Of a stretch of DNA of 64,000 nucleotides, positions 50,852 through 63,320 are shown piece by piece. The number at the start of each line of letters is the position of its first letter. Within the stretch, counting starts at the first letter, position 1. The DNA lies in NCBI GenBank assembly GCA_951406725.2, contig OX597836.1, forward strand, positions 45,136,001-45,200,000, written 5' to 3'. Below the pieces are notes generated by a model. That model was not told where the DNA came from. It searched no databases and saw only the letters and a list, made by a program, of their open reading frames with translations. A program made the position numbers and the translations under genes. The DNA comes from Octopus vulgaris (taxonomy: Eukaryota).

Positions 50852-51182
50852 CTATCTATCTATCCACTCAGTCAAAGTCGACTCTCAGTTACTCGTTGGA
50901 TCAGTGTCCTCCAGTCAGTTCTATTCTGGGCCGCTTCTTTCAGATTGGCTATGTCCATTCCGGTATCACTCTCGATGGTGTCAAGCCAGCGGGTTCTTGG
51001 TCGGCCTCTTCCTCTCTTGCCACTGACCATTCCGAGCATGATGTCCTTCTCCAGGGATTTTCTCCACATAATATGACCAAAATATGCCACTCTATGCTTG
51101 GTGATCCTAGCTTCTAGCGACATTTTCGGCCTGATCTGCTTAAGAACTTCTCCATTGGTGAGCCTCGCTGTCCATGGAATCC
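50852..51182 (-). mobile_element. Second copy of the same RTE 3' end
   Basis: IPWTARLTN...YFGHIMWR...GRPRTRWLD; (GATA)n tail. Confidence 0.9.
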
Positions 51183-51579
51183 ATGGCTTGCTAGCTCCTG
51201 TCAAACTGTCTAATCCACACCAGCATGGAAGACAGATGTTAAATATTGATGATGATGATGATGGCATGTTTTCCACACAACTTCTGTCCATCAAATTCAA
51301 CTCACAACAAGTCACTGGTCAGCCCAATAATTCAATAGTCTATATGCACAGACAGACAGACATCCACACATGTTCAAAACATTTCAGGTGTAAAATGTAG
51401 TCATTAATTTCAGCAAATTAAGTCACCAATAAAAATTAACATGCTTCGTTAGTCACCAATTAGTAGGGACCAGAACCAATGATGACAGTGGACAGTAGAG
51501 TTAGTTAGGTAATGGACAGAGGAGTCAGTTTTATCTGACCAGTAGACTTTGTGGCTTGTGTTAGACCATTAAACTGTAA

Positions 51580-51990
51580 CACTATTTCTGTCCTTGGGTA
51601 GCAACTGTTATTCCCTATTTGCTGACCCCTAGAAACTATGAAAAACGGCTAATGTTTCCTTCAGATTTTGCTTTTGTTACTTTTATTCAAATCCCAAAGA
51701 ATCCCCTTCAACAAATGGCTATGATACTCCCCCACTACTCCTGCTCATGATCAGAAATGCATGTTCCACTAAGGGACATACTCAAGTGGTTAAGGTCAAG
51801 CAATTGACATGCAAATCTGTGGTATTGAACAGAATATTTGCTGTAATGATATCTCTGCTTTGGCAATTCAGTGCTGAATCTGTTGGAAATGTGATGGAAA
51901 TCAGGTGAATTTCAAAACATTGATGTCCAGGTGACAAAAGCAAAGTCTGAAGGGAATAGTTGTCGTTTCCTTTGATTTACAGAATAGAAG
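51580..51990. repeat. Unclassified ~400-bp interspersed repeat (second copy about 32245-32650)
   Basis: Two colinear diverged copies starting TGTC(C/T)TTGGGTAGCAAC. Confidence 0.7.
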
Positions 51991-52570
51991 CAGAGGAAAG
52001 AACATTTCCTGACAAAAAAAAAAAAAAAAATGTTACAGGCGCAGGAGTGGCTGTGTGGTAAGTAGCTTGCTTACCAACCACATGGTTCCGGGTTCAGTCC
52101 CACTGCGTGGCACCTTGGGCAAGTGTCATCTACTATAGCCTCATACTGACCAAAGCCTTGTGGGTGGATTTGGTAGATGGAAACTGAAAGAAGCCCGTCG
52201 TATATATGTATATGTATATATATGTATGTGTATGTGTTTGTCCCATCCAACATCGCTTGTCAACCGATGCTGGTGTGCTTACGTCCCCGTAACTTAGCGG
52301 TTCGGCAAAAGAGACCGATAGAATAAGTACTAGGCTTACAAAGAATAAGCCCCGGGGTCGATTTGCTCGACTAAAAGGTGGTGCTCCAGCATGGCCACAG
52401 TCAACTGACTGAAACAAGTAAAAGAGTAAAAAGAGTGTGAGCGAAGCAGTAATCAATGAAGTGAGAGTTAATTATGTCCGTCCAGTGTCAACTGGTCAAT
52501 AAAGCCACCGACTCAGTGACTTGTGTGAACCTTGAACACTGACAGTATTGGTCCCATCTTATTTTTACCA

Positions 52571-53524
52571 GGCAGCAAGCTGGCAGAATCGTTAGCACGC
52601 CAGGCGAAATGCTTAGTGGTATTTTGTCTGCTGCTACGTTCTGAGTTCAAATTCTGCCGAGGTCGACTTTGCCTTTCATCCTTTCGGGGTCGATTAAATA
52701 AGTACCAGTTATGCACTGGGGTCGATGTAATCGACTTAGTGTCTTTCTCTGTCCTTGTTCGTCCCCTCTGTGTTTAGCCCCTTGTAGGTAGTAAAGAATT
52801 AGGTATTTTGTCTGCTGCTACATTCTGAGTTCAAATTCCGCCGAGGTCGATTTTGCCTTTCATCCTTTCGGGGTCGATTAAATAAGTACCAGTTACGCAC
52901 TGGGGTCGATGTAATCGACTTAGTCTCTTTCTCTGTCCTTGTTTGTCCCCTCTGTGTTTAGCCCCTTGTAGGTAGTAAAGAATTAGGTATTTTGTCTGCT
53001 GCTACATTCTGAGTTCAAATTCCGCCGAGGTCGATTTTGCCTTTCATCCTTTCGAGGTCGATTAAATAAGTACCAGTTACGCACTGGGGTCGATGTAATC
53101 GACTTAGTCTCTTTCTCTGTCCTTGTTTGTCCCCTCTGTGTTTAGCCCCTTGTAGGTAGTAAAGAATTAGGTATTTTGTCTGCTGCTACATTCTGAGTTC
53201 AAATTTTGCCGAGGTCGACTTTGCCTTTCATCCTTTCGGGGTCGATCAAATAAGTACCAGTTACGCACTGGGGGTCGTAGTAATCGACTTAGTCCCTTTC
53301 TCTGTCCTTGTTTGTTCCCTCTATGCTTAGCCCCTTGTGGGTAGTAAAGAAATAGGTATTTTGTCTGCTGCTACATTCTGAGTTCAACTTTGCCTTTCAT
53401 CCTTTCGGGGTCGATTAAATAAGTACCAGTTACGCACTGGGGTCAATATAATCAACTTAGTCCCTTTCTCTGTCCTTGTTTGTTCCCCCTATGTTTAGCC
53501 CCTTGTGGGCAATAAAGAAATAAG
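52571..53524 (+). repeat. SINE family C pentamer (one head + five ~180-bp units)
   Basis: Units joined at AGGTATTTTGTCTG; similar arrays at 39478-40005, 45230-45800, 26017-26735 and 6050-6305. Confidence 0.88.
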
Positions 53525-54440
53525 TATTAGTTCCATCAATCTTAGACAAGACACTGGGCCAAGACAGTATCAAAAATACTACACCCCACACTAACCCACC
53601 CAATCCCTTGTTTAAAACTACCAGCACCTCCCTAACAACCCACCCTGCACCCATGAAAAAGGTAAACCAAGTGATAAGAGAGCCTTAATCTTTTAGCCTT
53701 TAAACTGGCCACATCCAGCCCAAATATTCTGTTTTATGTTCAAACCAGCCAGGGATCAGGCCTCTCACACCTACCCTATAATGTTATTCTAAAATTATAC
53801 AATTACGTTATTGAAATGTCAAAGCTACAAATTAATGCATGATTAATTCAAAACAGTGTGAATAAATAAGCATGACATGTAACACAATAACCTGAATGCA
53901 AAGGGTTAAGCATGCGACCTACAACCCAGGCACCCACCTATCTCTGTCCCTCATCATCATTGGCCGTTCGACAACACTAACAGATGGACTAAATAAACAA
54001 AAAAAAAATAACCTCCCCCACAACAAAAACGAAAGTGAAACTACAACAACAACAAAAGCTATGTAGATATTTAATGATGGCTTGTAAAATAATTTCACAA
54101 ACGAGAATAAAAATAAATAAATAACATCCTACATTGTACTGGGTGGAGGGGTTAATCTTTTTAATTGTAGTTAGGGATATGTCAGTTTAAAGGAAGCACA
54201 TGGCTTAGTGGTTAAGGTGTTGGACTTATGATTGTAAAATTGTGGTTTCAATACCTGGACTGGGTGATACATTGTGTTCTTGAGCAAAACACTTCATTAC
54301 TCTAGTAACCCTGCAATGGACTGGTGTCCCGTCAAGGAAGGAATATATATGTCACAGAAACTGGGGCCCTATGCTCCTTGTGGACTAAACAGCCAACTCC
54401 CTCCCCACTGGTCTAAAGGAGTTGATACCCTGCAGAGTTA

Positions 54441-54801
54441 TCTCTATATATATAAACGGTAAAATGTCTGTGTGTGTGTCCTTTATATAAATCCACAATT
54501 TTTCAGTTAGAGGGCTCGCACTTTCTATGGTCATTCAAAACCGTCCAAGGGTGGTCGTGCACATCTTTACATTTCCCCACCCCGCAAAGCCATTAAAAAA
54601 TCAATAGAAGTGACTTTTATATGAATTTTCTATCCAACACCCAATCAAAATGCAGCGAAACTTGATACACCAATTGAATGCCAGCTAGCTGTATGTGATT
54701 GGTCGGAGATTTGGACAGTACTCGTGTGTATGTGCGCATGCACGCAGCTGTATATGCATGCACTAGCACTATGACCTGGCGTTGCCGGGTCATAGTGCTA
54801 G
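54441..54801 (+). mobile_element. Non-autonomous Helitron, second family
   Basis: A|TC start; 18-bp hairpin ending in CTAG|T. Confidence 0.8.
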
Positions 54802-55044
54802 TATCCAACTGCAGTACTTGTTGGTTATAAAACATTGCCACAACACCTTCTTGGTAGTGAGTTGCACCATCATAAACCACAAGGTACCTACTTAGAGGAA
54901 GGTGGACTGTACCACCCCATGGTTCTCAATCATACACATTAGGTGAGGTAACAAGAGAATCTCTTTGTTGTCACTTGCTCTGCTGAAAATAGCAACCAAA
55001 TTTCCTACCAAGAGGACACATTATATAATTCGCCATTGAGAATT

Positions 55045-55475
55045 CGTGGAAGAATTCGACAATGACTGCCTCCGGCGCATTCTTCGCTGCCGTCGGGTGG
55101 ATCGAGTTCCCACCACCAATCTCCGACTTTGCCCGTCTCTGGGGCCCCTTCCATCTGTCCTTCTGCAACGGCGCTTGCGGTGGTTTGGCCATGCATGTAG
55201 GCGTCCGGTGGGTGAACTGAGCCGTGATGTCCTCCCAACTGGCAGAAATGCACGGGCGAGCAGCTGAAGACCTGGGCTATGATGATCAAGGAGGAACTCT
55301 CCGTGCCCATGGGACCGCAGGTGGTCGGCCTGCGCCGATGGAACCGTGACTGGCTCGCTATCTCCAGCGAACTGGCGCAGGACCGAGGTGCGTGGGCTGC
55401 CATGGTTCTTGAGGGTGGTAGAAGAAGCTGACTCAACCCGCCCAGGGTGAATGACACCACAAATACAAGTAAGTA
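55045..55475 (+). mobile_element. RTE-clade LINE 3' end, different family
   Basis: FDNDCLRRILR...RRLRWFGHACRRP; its tail also appears reversed at about 18100-18160. Confidence 0.85.
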
Positions 55476-57093
55476 CACATTATTTAATGTACTCTTAAAC
55501 TCCTCCTGCCACCAAAATAGATGGGATGGTTGCGACAGGAATGTCTTTGACTGAAGGTCTGCTTGTCCACGACTGACTTGGGGTAAAAAACACACCAACC
55601 CATAACCACCGAGATGTACCACACTTTACCATGGTACCTATGTACAGCAATGTGTGTTACAGTTCCTCATGATACCTGGGTAGGCTGCAACTCATCATGG
55701 TATCTAGTCATAGTTACATTGGTTTCAAATTTTGGCACAAAGTCAATCAATTTTGGGGGAAGGGCCAAGTCAATTATGTTGACCCAGCACCCAACAGGCA
55801 TTTATTTTATTGATCCCACCAAAAGGAAGAAAGGCAAAGTTGACCTCGGTGGAATTTGAACTCAGAAAGTAAAGACAAATGAAATACCACTAAATATTTT
55901 TACCAGAGTGCTTGCAATTCTGCTAGCTTGCTACTTTCATCATCATCATCGTTTAGTGTCCGCTTTCCCTGCTAGCATGGGTTGGACGGTTCAACTTGGG
56001 TCTGGGAAGCCAGAAGGCTGCACCAGGCCCAGTCTGATCTGGCAATGTTTGTACGGCTGGATGCCCTTCCTAACGACAACCACTCCGTGAGTGTAGTGGG
56101 TGCTTTTTACGTGCCAGACGAGGCTGGCAAACAGCCACGATCGGAGGATTCTTTTTATGTGCCACCGGCACGGAGGCTAGGCGAGGCTGGCAATGGCCAT
56201 GATCGGATGGTGCTATTTACGTGCCACCAGCATGGAGGCCAGTCGGGGCGGCGCTGGCAATGGCCACGTTCGGATGGTTTTCTTATGTGCCACCGGCACT
56301 GGTATCACAGCTACAATTTCCATTGATGTTGATCGATTTTAATTTCATTTTCACTAGGTGGACTGCACTTTATCATGGTACCTCTTTTCAGACAAACTAA
56401 AATCAATCAATGCTATATATCTAAAGGTAGGTGGACCTTACAGTGATTAAAGTTAGAAGGGTAGTATATCTCATGGTACTTATTTATAGTCAGAAAAACA
56501 ATTTCTTCTTACAACATCTATTTTACACTAAGATGAATTTCTTCTGTTTTGGGCCCTTAACTCCTCATGAGGTCATAGAGGTGTTATTGTGAAATATGGT
56601 GTGCCATGGGCAATTTAAAACCTGATGGAGACCTATCCGTCTCCAGGTCTGAATACAGCGAATTTCTTCTAGAAAGAGAGAAGAATCAACATCTGTACTT
56701 GGACTGGTACTCTGTTGACCCCAAAAGGATGAAAGGTAAGGCTAACCTTAGTGGGATTTGAACTCAGAGTACAGAGAGCCGGAATGTGGATGAAGAAAAA
56801 CAATAATTAAGTGTATTTGGTCATGAGTAGTGCACTCGTAATGGGAGTGAGAGGGTCTCAAATGATGGCACCTCTCAACGGTTAGATGGTCTTGGCTACA
56901 AAGAATGAAATGTCCTTTGGTCACAAAGTGGTGGTGGTGGTGGTGGTGGTGGGGGCAAGGAAGTTGGAAATCTTAATGGAAATAAAATGCAGAAACAGAA
57001 GAGAAGAGAACACAATAACATTTCACAGACAACACCAGACAAATATCAAACACGAAGAGAATGGAAGAATTTTAAACACACAATTCTACAAAC

Positions 57094-57222
57094 CCGAGCT
57101 AGTTTGATAATCTCTCGAAAGTTATCAACCATTGATTTCACGTCATCTTTCAGGCGTTTGTTGTAGGATCTGAGCAGAGCTTCTTTGCTTTGGGGTAGAA
57201 CTCTTTGAGGGTGTCCCGACAT
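57094..57222 (-). CDS. MED22: Mediator subunit 22, coding exon 1
   Basis: [43 protein letters not shown] closely resembles the MED22/SURF5 N-terminus. Exon acceptor ttctctcag ends at 57254; donor CGG|gtttgt. Confidence 0.95.
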
Positions 57223-57344
57223 AATTATACGTTCATGTGGTAATTAAGATAATCTGAGAGAAGAGGAAAATAATAAAAAAAGAAACAATAAATGAAATAT
57301 CTGAGACGAGTTGTAAAAAAATATTATAATTTATCAAGAGCATT

Positions 57345-57830
57345 CTTCTTTCTTTCTTCTTACAGCATTCACCCGGGGTGGGTTGAGCTGGCTTCATTCA
57401 TCCTCAATGCTGCATCTCTCACAAATGCCGATCAGGCCTGGCGATTTGAGGCTAACGACCGCGTGATCTCCAACCACTCCCTATTCCAGTGGCGAACGCT
57501 GTAGATATGGGGGCCTAGGCTGGGTTCCAGATCAGCCTTGACTGTCATCAGCCAGGTTTTTCATTGTCCACCACATCGCTTTCGCCAACCCTGAAGGGGA
57601 GCTGGGGCAATTGCTTCGTAAATGAATTCTCCTGGTTGACGACGGAGGGCATGACCCAGCCAACGCAGACGTCTCGTTAGGATGACTTGTCGGAGGGAGG
57701 TGATTCTGCACTGGTGTCGCACTGAATTGTTGGAGACAAAGTGATGCCATCGGACACGAAGGATGCGGCGTAGACAAAGGTGATCGAAGGATTCTAGTCG
57801 CTTAATATCTTCCACCCTCATTGGCTTTTG
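57345..57830 (-). mobile_element. RTE-clade LINE 3' end, third family
   Basis: LESFDHLCLRRILRVRW...RRLRWLGHALRR...; AAG-rich tail. Confidence 0.85.
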
Positions 57831-58403
57831 GAACGTCGGATCCCTGATGCATGAAGAAACACAGGCACTGACGATGCACACTCTCTCCAAATATCAAGAG
57901 CATTGTAGATTAATGAAAGAAATGAGAAATAAGGAAAGCTTTTAACAAAGCAGAAATTAAAAAAACCTTTATGGGTGAAAAGGCTTATGATCCAAAGGGT
58001 AGCTGCTGCTACTAACACCAGCACTGGACAACCCGAAATGGCAGCATCTATATAAATACATATTTCTTTGACTGTAGTCTTCTGAAGATAGGTCTTTGTA
58101 CCTGAAATATTAAGTTTTTTTAAAAAACTTTCTGCATTGTTAGAAGCTTCCCTTACTGTCAAGGTATTGGTTGCTCTCCAGCAGGTTTATGATTGAGTCT
58201 GTGGTGGTGGAGATCTCTGGCTTTCTTGGCCCCTGGCCTATATCCCTGCTCACTGCTATCAGGGCAGAGATGGCTGTCTGCAAGTGCAAGCCCAGTGAGT
58301 CAGAGTGCCTGTTCCACTGCATCTCTCTTGCCGTCCTGTGGGGCAACACCTTTTCCAGATCGTCTGCTGGGGCCATGAAAAGGGCTTCTTAATAAAGATA
58401 TAT

Positions 58404-58705
58404 CACCGTGACCGACCAGGCTATCAGATGCTGCTACTCATTGCTGGTCACAATGCGATTCGCATTGTTTTAGCCTTCAAATGACGCCACCCCATTGGCT
58501 AAGCGAGCAGGCCAACAGAAGAAAGAGTGAGAGAAAGTTGTGGCGAAAGAGTACAACAAGGATCACCACCACCCCCTGCCGGAGCCTCGTGGAGCTTTAG
58601 GTGTTTTCACTCAATAAACACTCACAATGCCTGGTCTGGGAATCGAAACCGTGATCCTACGACCGCGAGTCCGCTGCCCTAACTACTGGGCCATTGCGTC
58701 TCCAC
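58404..58705 (-). mobile_element. tRNA-derived SINE (family D, tail type A)
   Basis: Near-identical to 2554-2860; 12-bp TSD ATAAAGATATAT. Confidence 0.85.
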
Positions 58706-58845
58706 ATAAAGATATATAAACAAGAAAAAAATTTTTTAAAAAATGATTAAGAATTTCTCATTTCATTCATTATTCTGCTTCTCTTATAATTTAGTTTTTG
58801 ATTATTAATCTCATCTTACGACATAAATCAACATCATCATTTGCT

Positions 58846-59172
58846 GAAGGTGCATGGCTCAGTGGTTAGAGCGTACGATCGTGAAGTTGTGAGTTCGATT
58901 CCCGGACCGGGCTGTGTGTTGTGTTCTTGAGCAAGACACTTCATTTCATGTTGCTCCAGTTCACTCAGCTGTAGAAATGAATTGCAGCATCACTGGTGCA
59001 AAGCTGTATCGGCCCCTTTGCCTTACCCTTTGGTAACATTGGCGGTGTGGAGAGGAGAAGCTGGTATGCATGGGCGACTACTGGCCTTCCACAAACAATC
59101 TTGCTCGGACTTGTGCCTGGGAGGGTAACTTTCTAGGCCCAATCAATGGTCATTCATGACCGAAGGGGGTCT
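58846..59172 (+). mobile_element. tRNA-derived SINE family E (other copies about 650-1000 minus, 4290-4470 minus, 54195-54330 plus)
   Basis: TGGCTCAGTGG A box, GAGTTCGATTCC B box, TGTGTTCTTGAGCAAGACACTT body. Confidence 0.8.
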
Positions 59173-59741
59173 CCATGTCCTGCTTAGGAAATTCACAGTA
59201 CTCAGGTTGTCAAAACAATGAACATATGGAGTGAACAAATCACTTCAGTAATAACTTACTTAAACTGATATTTTTACTTCTTATTTTAATTTTTATTAAA
59301 GTTCAAAAACAGGAAACTATAACCGAGGGGGGTGTAGTCCTATTTCACACTTAGGGGGTTTAGTCCTAGGAGGGTTTTGTCTGGATTCCAGTTTAGCCCA
59401 GTATGATTATATTCACTGGAGGTAATAATTTATGTAATTATGATATGTAATTTTTCGTTTCCAGGGACTCAACAAAATAAAAGTGTTTACCTTGTCAAAA
59501 GTGGAGCTGAAAGTGTTTTCTTTTACAAAAATGTAAAAACTGTTTTCCTAGCAAAGGAAATTATATTAATTCTTTAGCATTCTTGGTTTGTTGAATTAAT
59601 CTTGCATTACCTCATAACTTTGAGATTTCAATGATGCGATTCTTTATTTTTAGAATGAGATTGTCAGACAGGTGTGAGAGGCTGAATCTAGTCACTTTGA
59701 CCATAAAACATAGAAAATTGGGGCCTGTTTAAATGCTAAAA

Positions 59742-60197
59742 CAGTGATTCCCAACGTGGGACATATACCCCACCGGTGAGGCCTGATGCCATAGTCGCCA
59801 GGCACAGAGTTCTCATTAAAGGGATTCACTTCTTTTAGGCGTAACTTCGGTATAGGTACCGGATACATTTCCACAAAGTGTTTTTTAGGGTTAGGGTTTG
59901 TGTCAGAGTTAGGGGTGGGAGAAAAGGGTTTCTGTTATCTTCAGAAATGTAAACAAAGCGACTTCAGGTACTTACGGTACCTATACCGAAGGATAGCCTT
60001 TTTTTTTTATATTAATCACTAGAGTACATTTTTTTGGACTCAGTACTTAGAAGAATTATCAGTAGATTCTCTAGAATTTAAATAACTGTGATAAAGTATT
60101 TAAAATAAAGTTGTTTTTTTTCAACTACTGGTACGGCATACGTTTTTCTGGACCGTTGTAGTGGGGTCTGGGGCGGTGGAATAGGTTGGGAAACACT
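59742..60197. mobile_element. hAT-like MITE relic containing a ~160-bp GG..CC foldback element (about 59838-59998)
   Basis: CAGTGATTCCCAAC / GTTGGGAAACACTG; inner CTTCGGTATAGGTACCG inverted repeat with TTAGGG units. TSD not convincing. Confidence 0.5.
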
Positions 60198-60869
60198 GTG
60201 CGAAGGAGTGTCTGTCAACTTAAGCCGAGATTATTAAAAACATCTTTTTCCTCAAAATTATGGCCTACATCTTCGCGTACAATTAGTCTCATATTCAATG
60301 GAGTTTGAGGCATTATGCATTTCCTTAAGATGGAACTGAAGAATTATGGACAGATATTAGATCCTTTTATCACTTGGACTTAAATAAATAATAATGTGCA
60401 TTTTTCAACCAAGGAAAACAAGTTCATTTTTGATAATGGGACCTTGGAAACGGACCATGTCCAACGATCTAGTATACTTGTGATTAAAAGCGTTCCGACC
60501 GCGATCATCCCGGCTTTCTTAAATTTAGGTATAGTATATTTAGGAGTATAATATCCAAACATGTTCTCTTTTTTAAACGGTCAGCGGTGGTGCCCCAGCA
60601 TGGCCGCAGCCTTCGGGCTAAAACATTATTAAGGATTTAAGGATTGTTGAATGTGATTTGGCTGCTATTTCTGCAGTCTCCTTGATGGATCGCTAATCTG
60701 ATTGGTTAAATGCTTCATCAGAACCAATTTTGACAACCCAGGCATTATACAATCGACAGAGTGGTCACGGATTTTGGTTTCTAAGCTGAAGAACACGCAT
60801 GGAATTTATAGAGAGAGGGGGAATGAATTACTGATAGATATATGCATATTATAAACACAGAATACTTAC

Positions 60870-60960
60870 AAATAGTGACCACCCTCGAGGAAAGTTCAGG
60901 TCTTGCAAGGAAAACCCGGTTTGGAAAGGTTTTAATGGGGTTCAAAATATTTTTGTTGTT
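60870..60960 (-). other. MED22: Probable non-coding 5' UTR exon of MED22
   Basis: The MED22 ATG exon starts at an acceptor, so an upstream exon is needed. A TTT|gtaagt donor at 60869 lies in unique sequence just downstream (minus sense) of paired ETS motifs. 5' boundary is a guess. Confidence 0.5.
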
Positions 60961-60963
60961 GAC

Positions 60964-60978
60964 ACTTCCGGCGGAAAT
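60964..60978. promoter_or_regulatory. Back-to-back ETS-type motifs in a putative bidirectional promoter
   Basis: acttccgg (CCGGAAGT on minus) overlaps gcggaaat on plus; another cggaaatg lies at about 61318. Confidence 0.5.
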
Positions 60979-61154
60979 GAGGATGTAGTTAGTTTCGATG
61001 TAATTAGTGATAAAATAATATTTTTGATAGGAAATTAAGATTATATTTTGTGATTAAATTTCTAATATCTAAAATAAATTCCATTAATATTATATGCAAT
61101 AATATTAATAATATAATAGGGCTGTTTGTAAAAATTACATACACGATATTCCTG

Positions 61155-61202
<48 letters not shown>

Positions 61203-61379
61203 TTTAAAATTTAGATTTATTTACACTAAATAATATCATGCAATAATAAAAAAAGTTATTATTTATTTTGTTTCTTTCTTTTAACATAATTTCTGTCTTG
61301 TAGTAAATTTGTGAATACGGAAATGTGGCTTCAGAATAATCTAGAAACCTAGCTCTGTTTAATTCGGCCACCTATCGGC

Positions 61380-61403
61380 CTTTTTATCTTAGGACTCATC
61401 ATG
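61380..61403 (+). other. TCT/5'TOP-like first exon ending ATG|gtaagt (ribosomal-protein-type gene or snoRNA host)
   Basis: c-ctttttatctt-aggactcatc-ATG then perfect donor gtaagt; oligopyrimidine start about 20 nt before an ATG-only coding exon end. Confidence 0.6.
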
Positions 61404-62241
61404 GTAAGTCCTCGTCTCATTCGATTGTGTTTTGTAATCGCTAAACATCGATATTTATTTCAACTTTAAATCGAGCATAAGATATGTATTTTGTATCTTG
61501 TAAGAGTCTAGTACATATATGAAGAGAAATTTTGTAAAAATATTGTTTAGTTTTGTGAATTTAATTGCAAAAGAAATGTGGTAAGCTGTGCTTTTTCCTT
61601 CATCTATTTTACAATTTCTCACTTTTTTTAAATTTTAAGGTGGAATTTAGTAATTATTGGATTAATTTCAATTATTGCAAAAGAATTACCATCTCAGAAA
61701 AAAAAAATGTTATTTGTGTGTCTTTATATAATGTGTATATATGTATGTATAATATATATATATGAATTATGTGTGCACACGTGTATATACACTCATGTCC
61801 CAGGGTGTATATGTGTAGTGAATGTAAGATATATTTATATAATTCTATACTTTATAGCAATATTTTTTGAAGTCTTCAAAGACTTGACCAAGCGGTCCAT
61901 ATATTTATCCCTAAAAATGGATAGATTTATCTTGGCAAGATTTGAATTCAAAGCAAATAGGGACGTAACTTAAATACGGAAAGTGTTTAAGTAAAAAAAT
62001 CGTAAAATGTAAACTGGCAAAATATATTTATCCTAAATGCGATACAAAATAAGTTTGAGTAATAAATCAATGGTTAGGGTTGCAGGCTCTCATGAGAACT
62101 TCCCTTCGGCATTCTAAAATACCTATATCGAAAGAATGGCCTTCCTTGATGTCCGTCTGTTAAATATGTGAAGCTTTTTCGAGTGACAATGAAAACAATT
62201 TGCCTGTCCCTTTTTTATAACCTTTCTGATAAAGTCCTTAA

Positions 62242-62445
62242 CCCTTCGTTACCAACCCGGCTAAAACCGACTCTGGCTCTGAGGTCTTGTTATAAGTATT
62301 GAATTAAAATCTTCTGCCAAACCTTAGTCACAATCTATGTTCCCAACACTAGCTTAATGATGACGAAGTTCTTTTACTAAATTCTTTGTTATATTTAGAA
62401 TTATTTGAAAGAAACGGAGCATCTCAAAATAGAGTAACGAAAGGG
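62242..62445. mobile_element. piggyBac-type MITE, monomer of the same family (partial copy also at about 27855-28060)
   Basis: TTAA|CCCTTCGTTAC ... GTAACGAAAGGG|TTAA, reverse orientation relative to 1117-1832. Confidence 0.8.
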
Positions 62446-63320
62446 TTAAACGATCGCAACATAATTTTCCTGTGCGCACATCCACCCACACACAAACATG
62501 TGTGTATATAAAATTATAGTTCCAGTCATTGGGTTGCTGCATGGTAGCACACCACTCTGAAGATTATTAAATTGGACGGAATTCACGGGCCTATTATAGT
62601 AGTCGCACGTTGTGACTGTACTAAAAAAACCACATGGTTTCGAAGAGGAGTTTTTAATCACAGCCATACCTGCGCCTTGGGGTCGATGTAATCGACTTAA
62701 TCCGTTTGTCTGCCCTTGTTTGTCCCCTCTGTTTAGCCCCTTGTGGGCAATAGAGAAATATATATATGTATGTGTTTGACGATATAGAGTATATGAACTA
62801 GGGGCTTTCTTACTCAGTAAAACGTCTGAGCCATTGTATGATTACATGAAATCACAATGGGAGACCGTAGTCCTTGAGAACTTTGCCACTACTGGAACGG
62901 CATGGAATTTGTTCGATCAGGGCTGATGTATATCTAACAATTTGTCTATCCTCTGAAGATTTGCAGTACTTAATTATTTGATAAAAGCCAATGTTTTGTA
63001 TAGAAGAGTGATTGGCAGTAAAAATATCCCCAAAATTATTTTAGTTATAAATTATATTATCGTTGTAATAAAATTTGCTTAATATTAATTTACATGAGCA
63101 AGTGATAGTCTTTCCAAAAAATAGTAAATGTTCCCAGAAATGGTTGGAAGTTATAAAAAATGAAATGTCTTGGGTGGAAATGAAGTTATCCTGAAGTGCT
63201 CCATGTAGCAATGTAGGGGAGAGGGTTAATGTGGTACTGGTAGGGGACAAGGAAGAAGCGATCAAAATGTTTTCCAGCAATGTACAATACTTGAGATCCT
63301 GGATCTGTTCTAAAACAATT

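Noticed and set aside
52571-53524. Regularly spaced repeats resembling a CRISPR array
   Set aside because: Whole units repeat with no unique spacers; eukaryotic SINE multimer, no cas genes.
58140-58392. GC-richer stretch with a 78-aa ORF in the MED22 5' intron
   Set aside because: No recognisable motif or splice context; probably a decayed repeat.
62518-62638. Possible H/ACA snoRNA (two hairpins, AGATTA, ACA)
   Set aside because: The ACA lies in ACCACATGGTT, which matches SINE B; the second basal stem is weak and the spacer too long.
63096-63200. GAGCA..GTGATAG..CTGA..TGCTC, C/D-like
   Set aside because: Box C is non-canonical and I can see only about 8 nt of rRNA complementarity.
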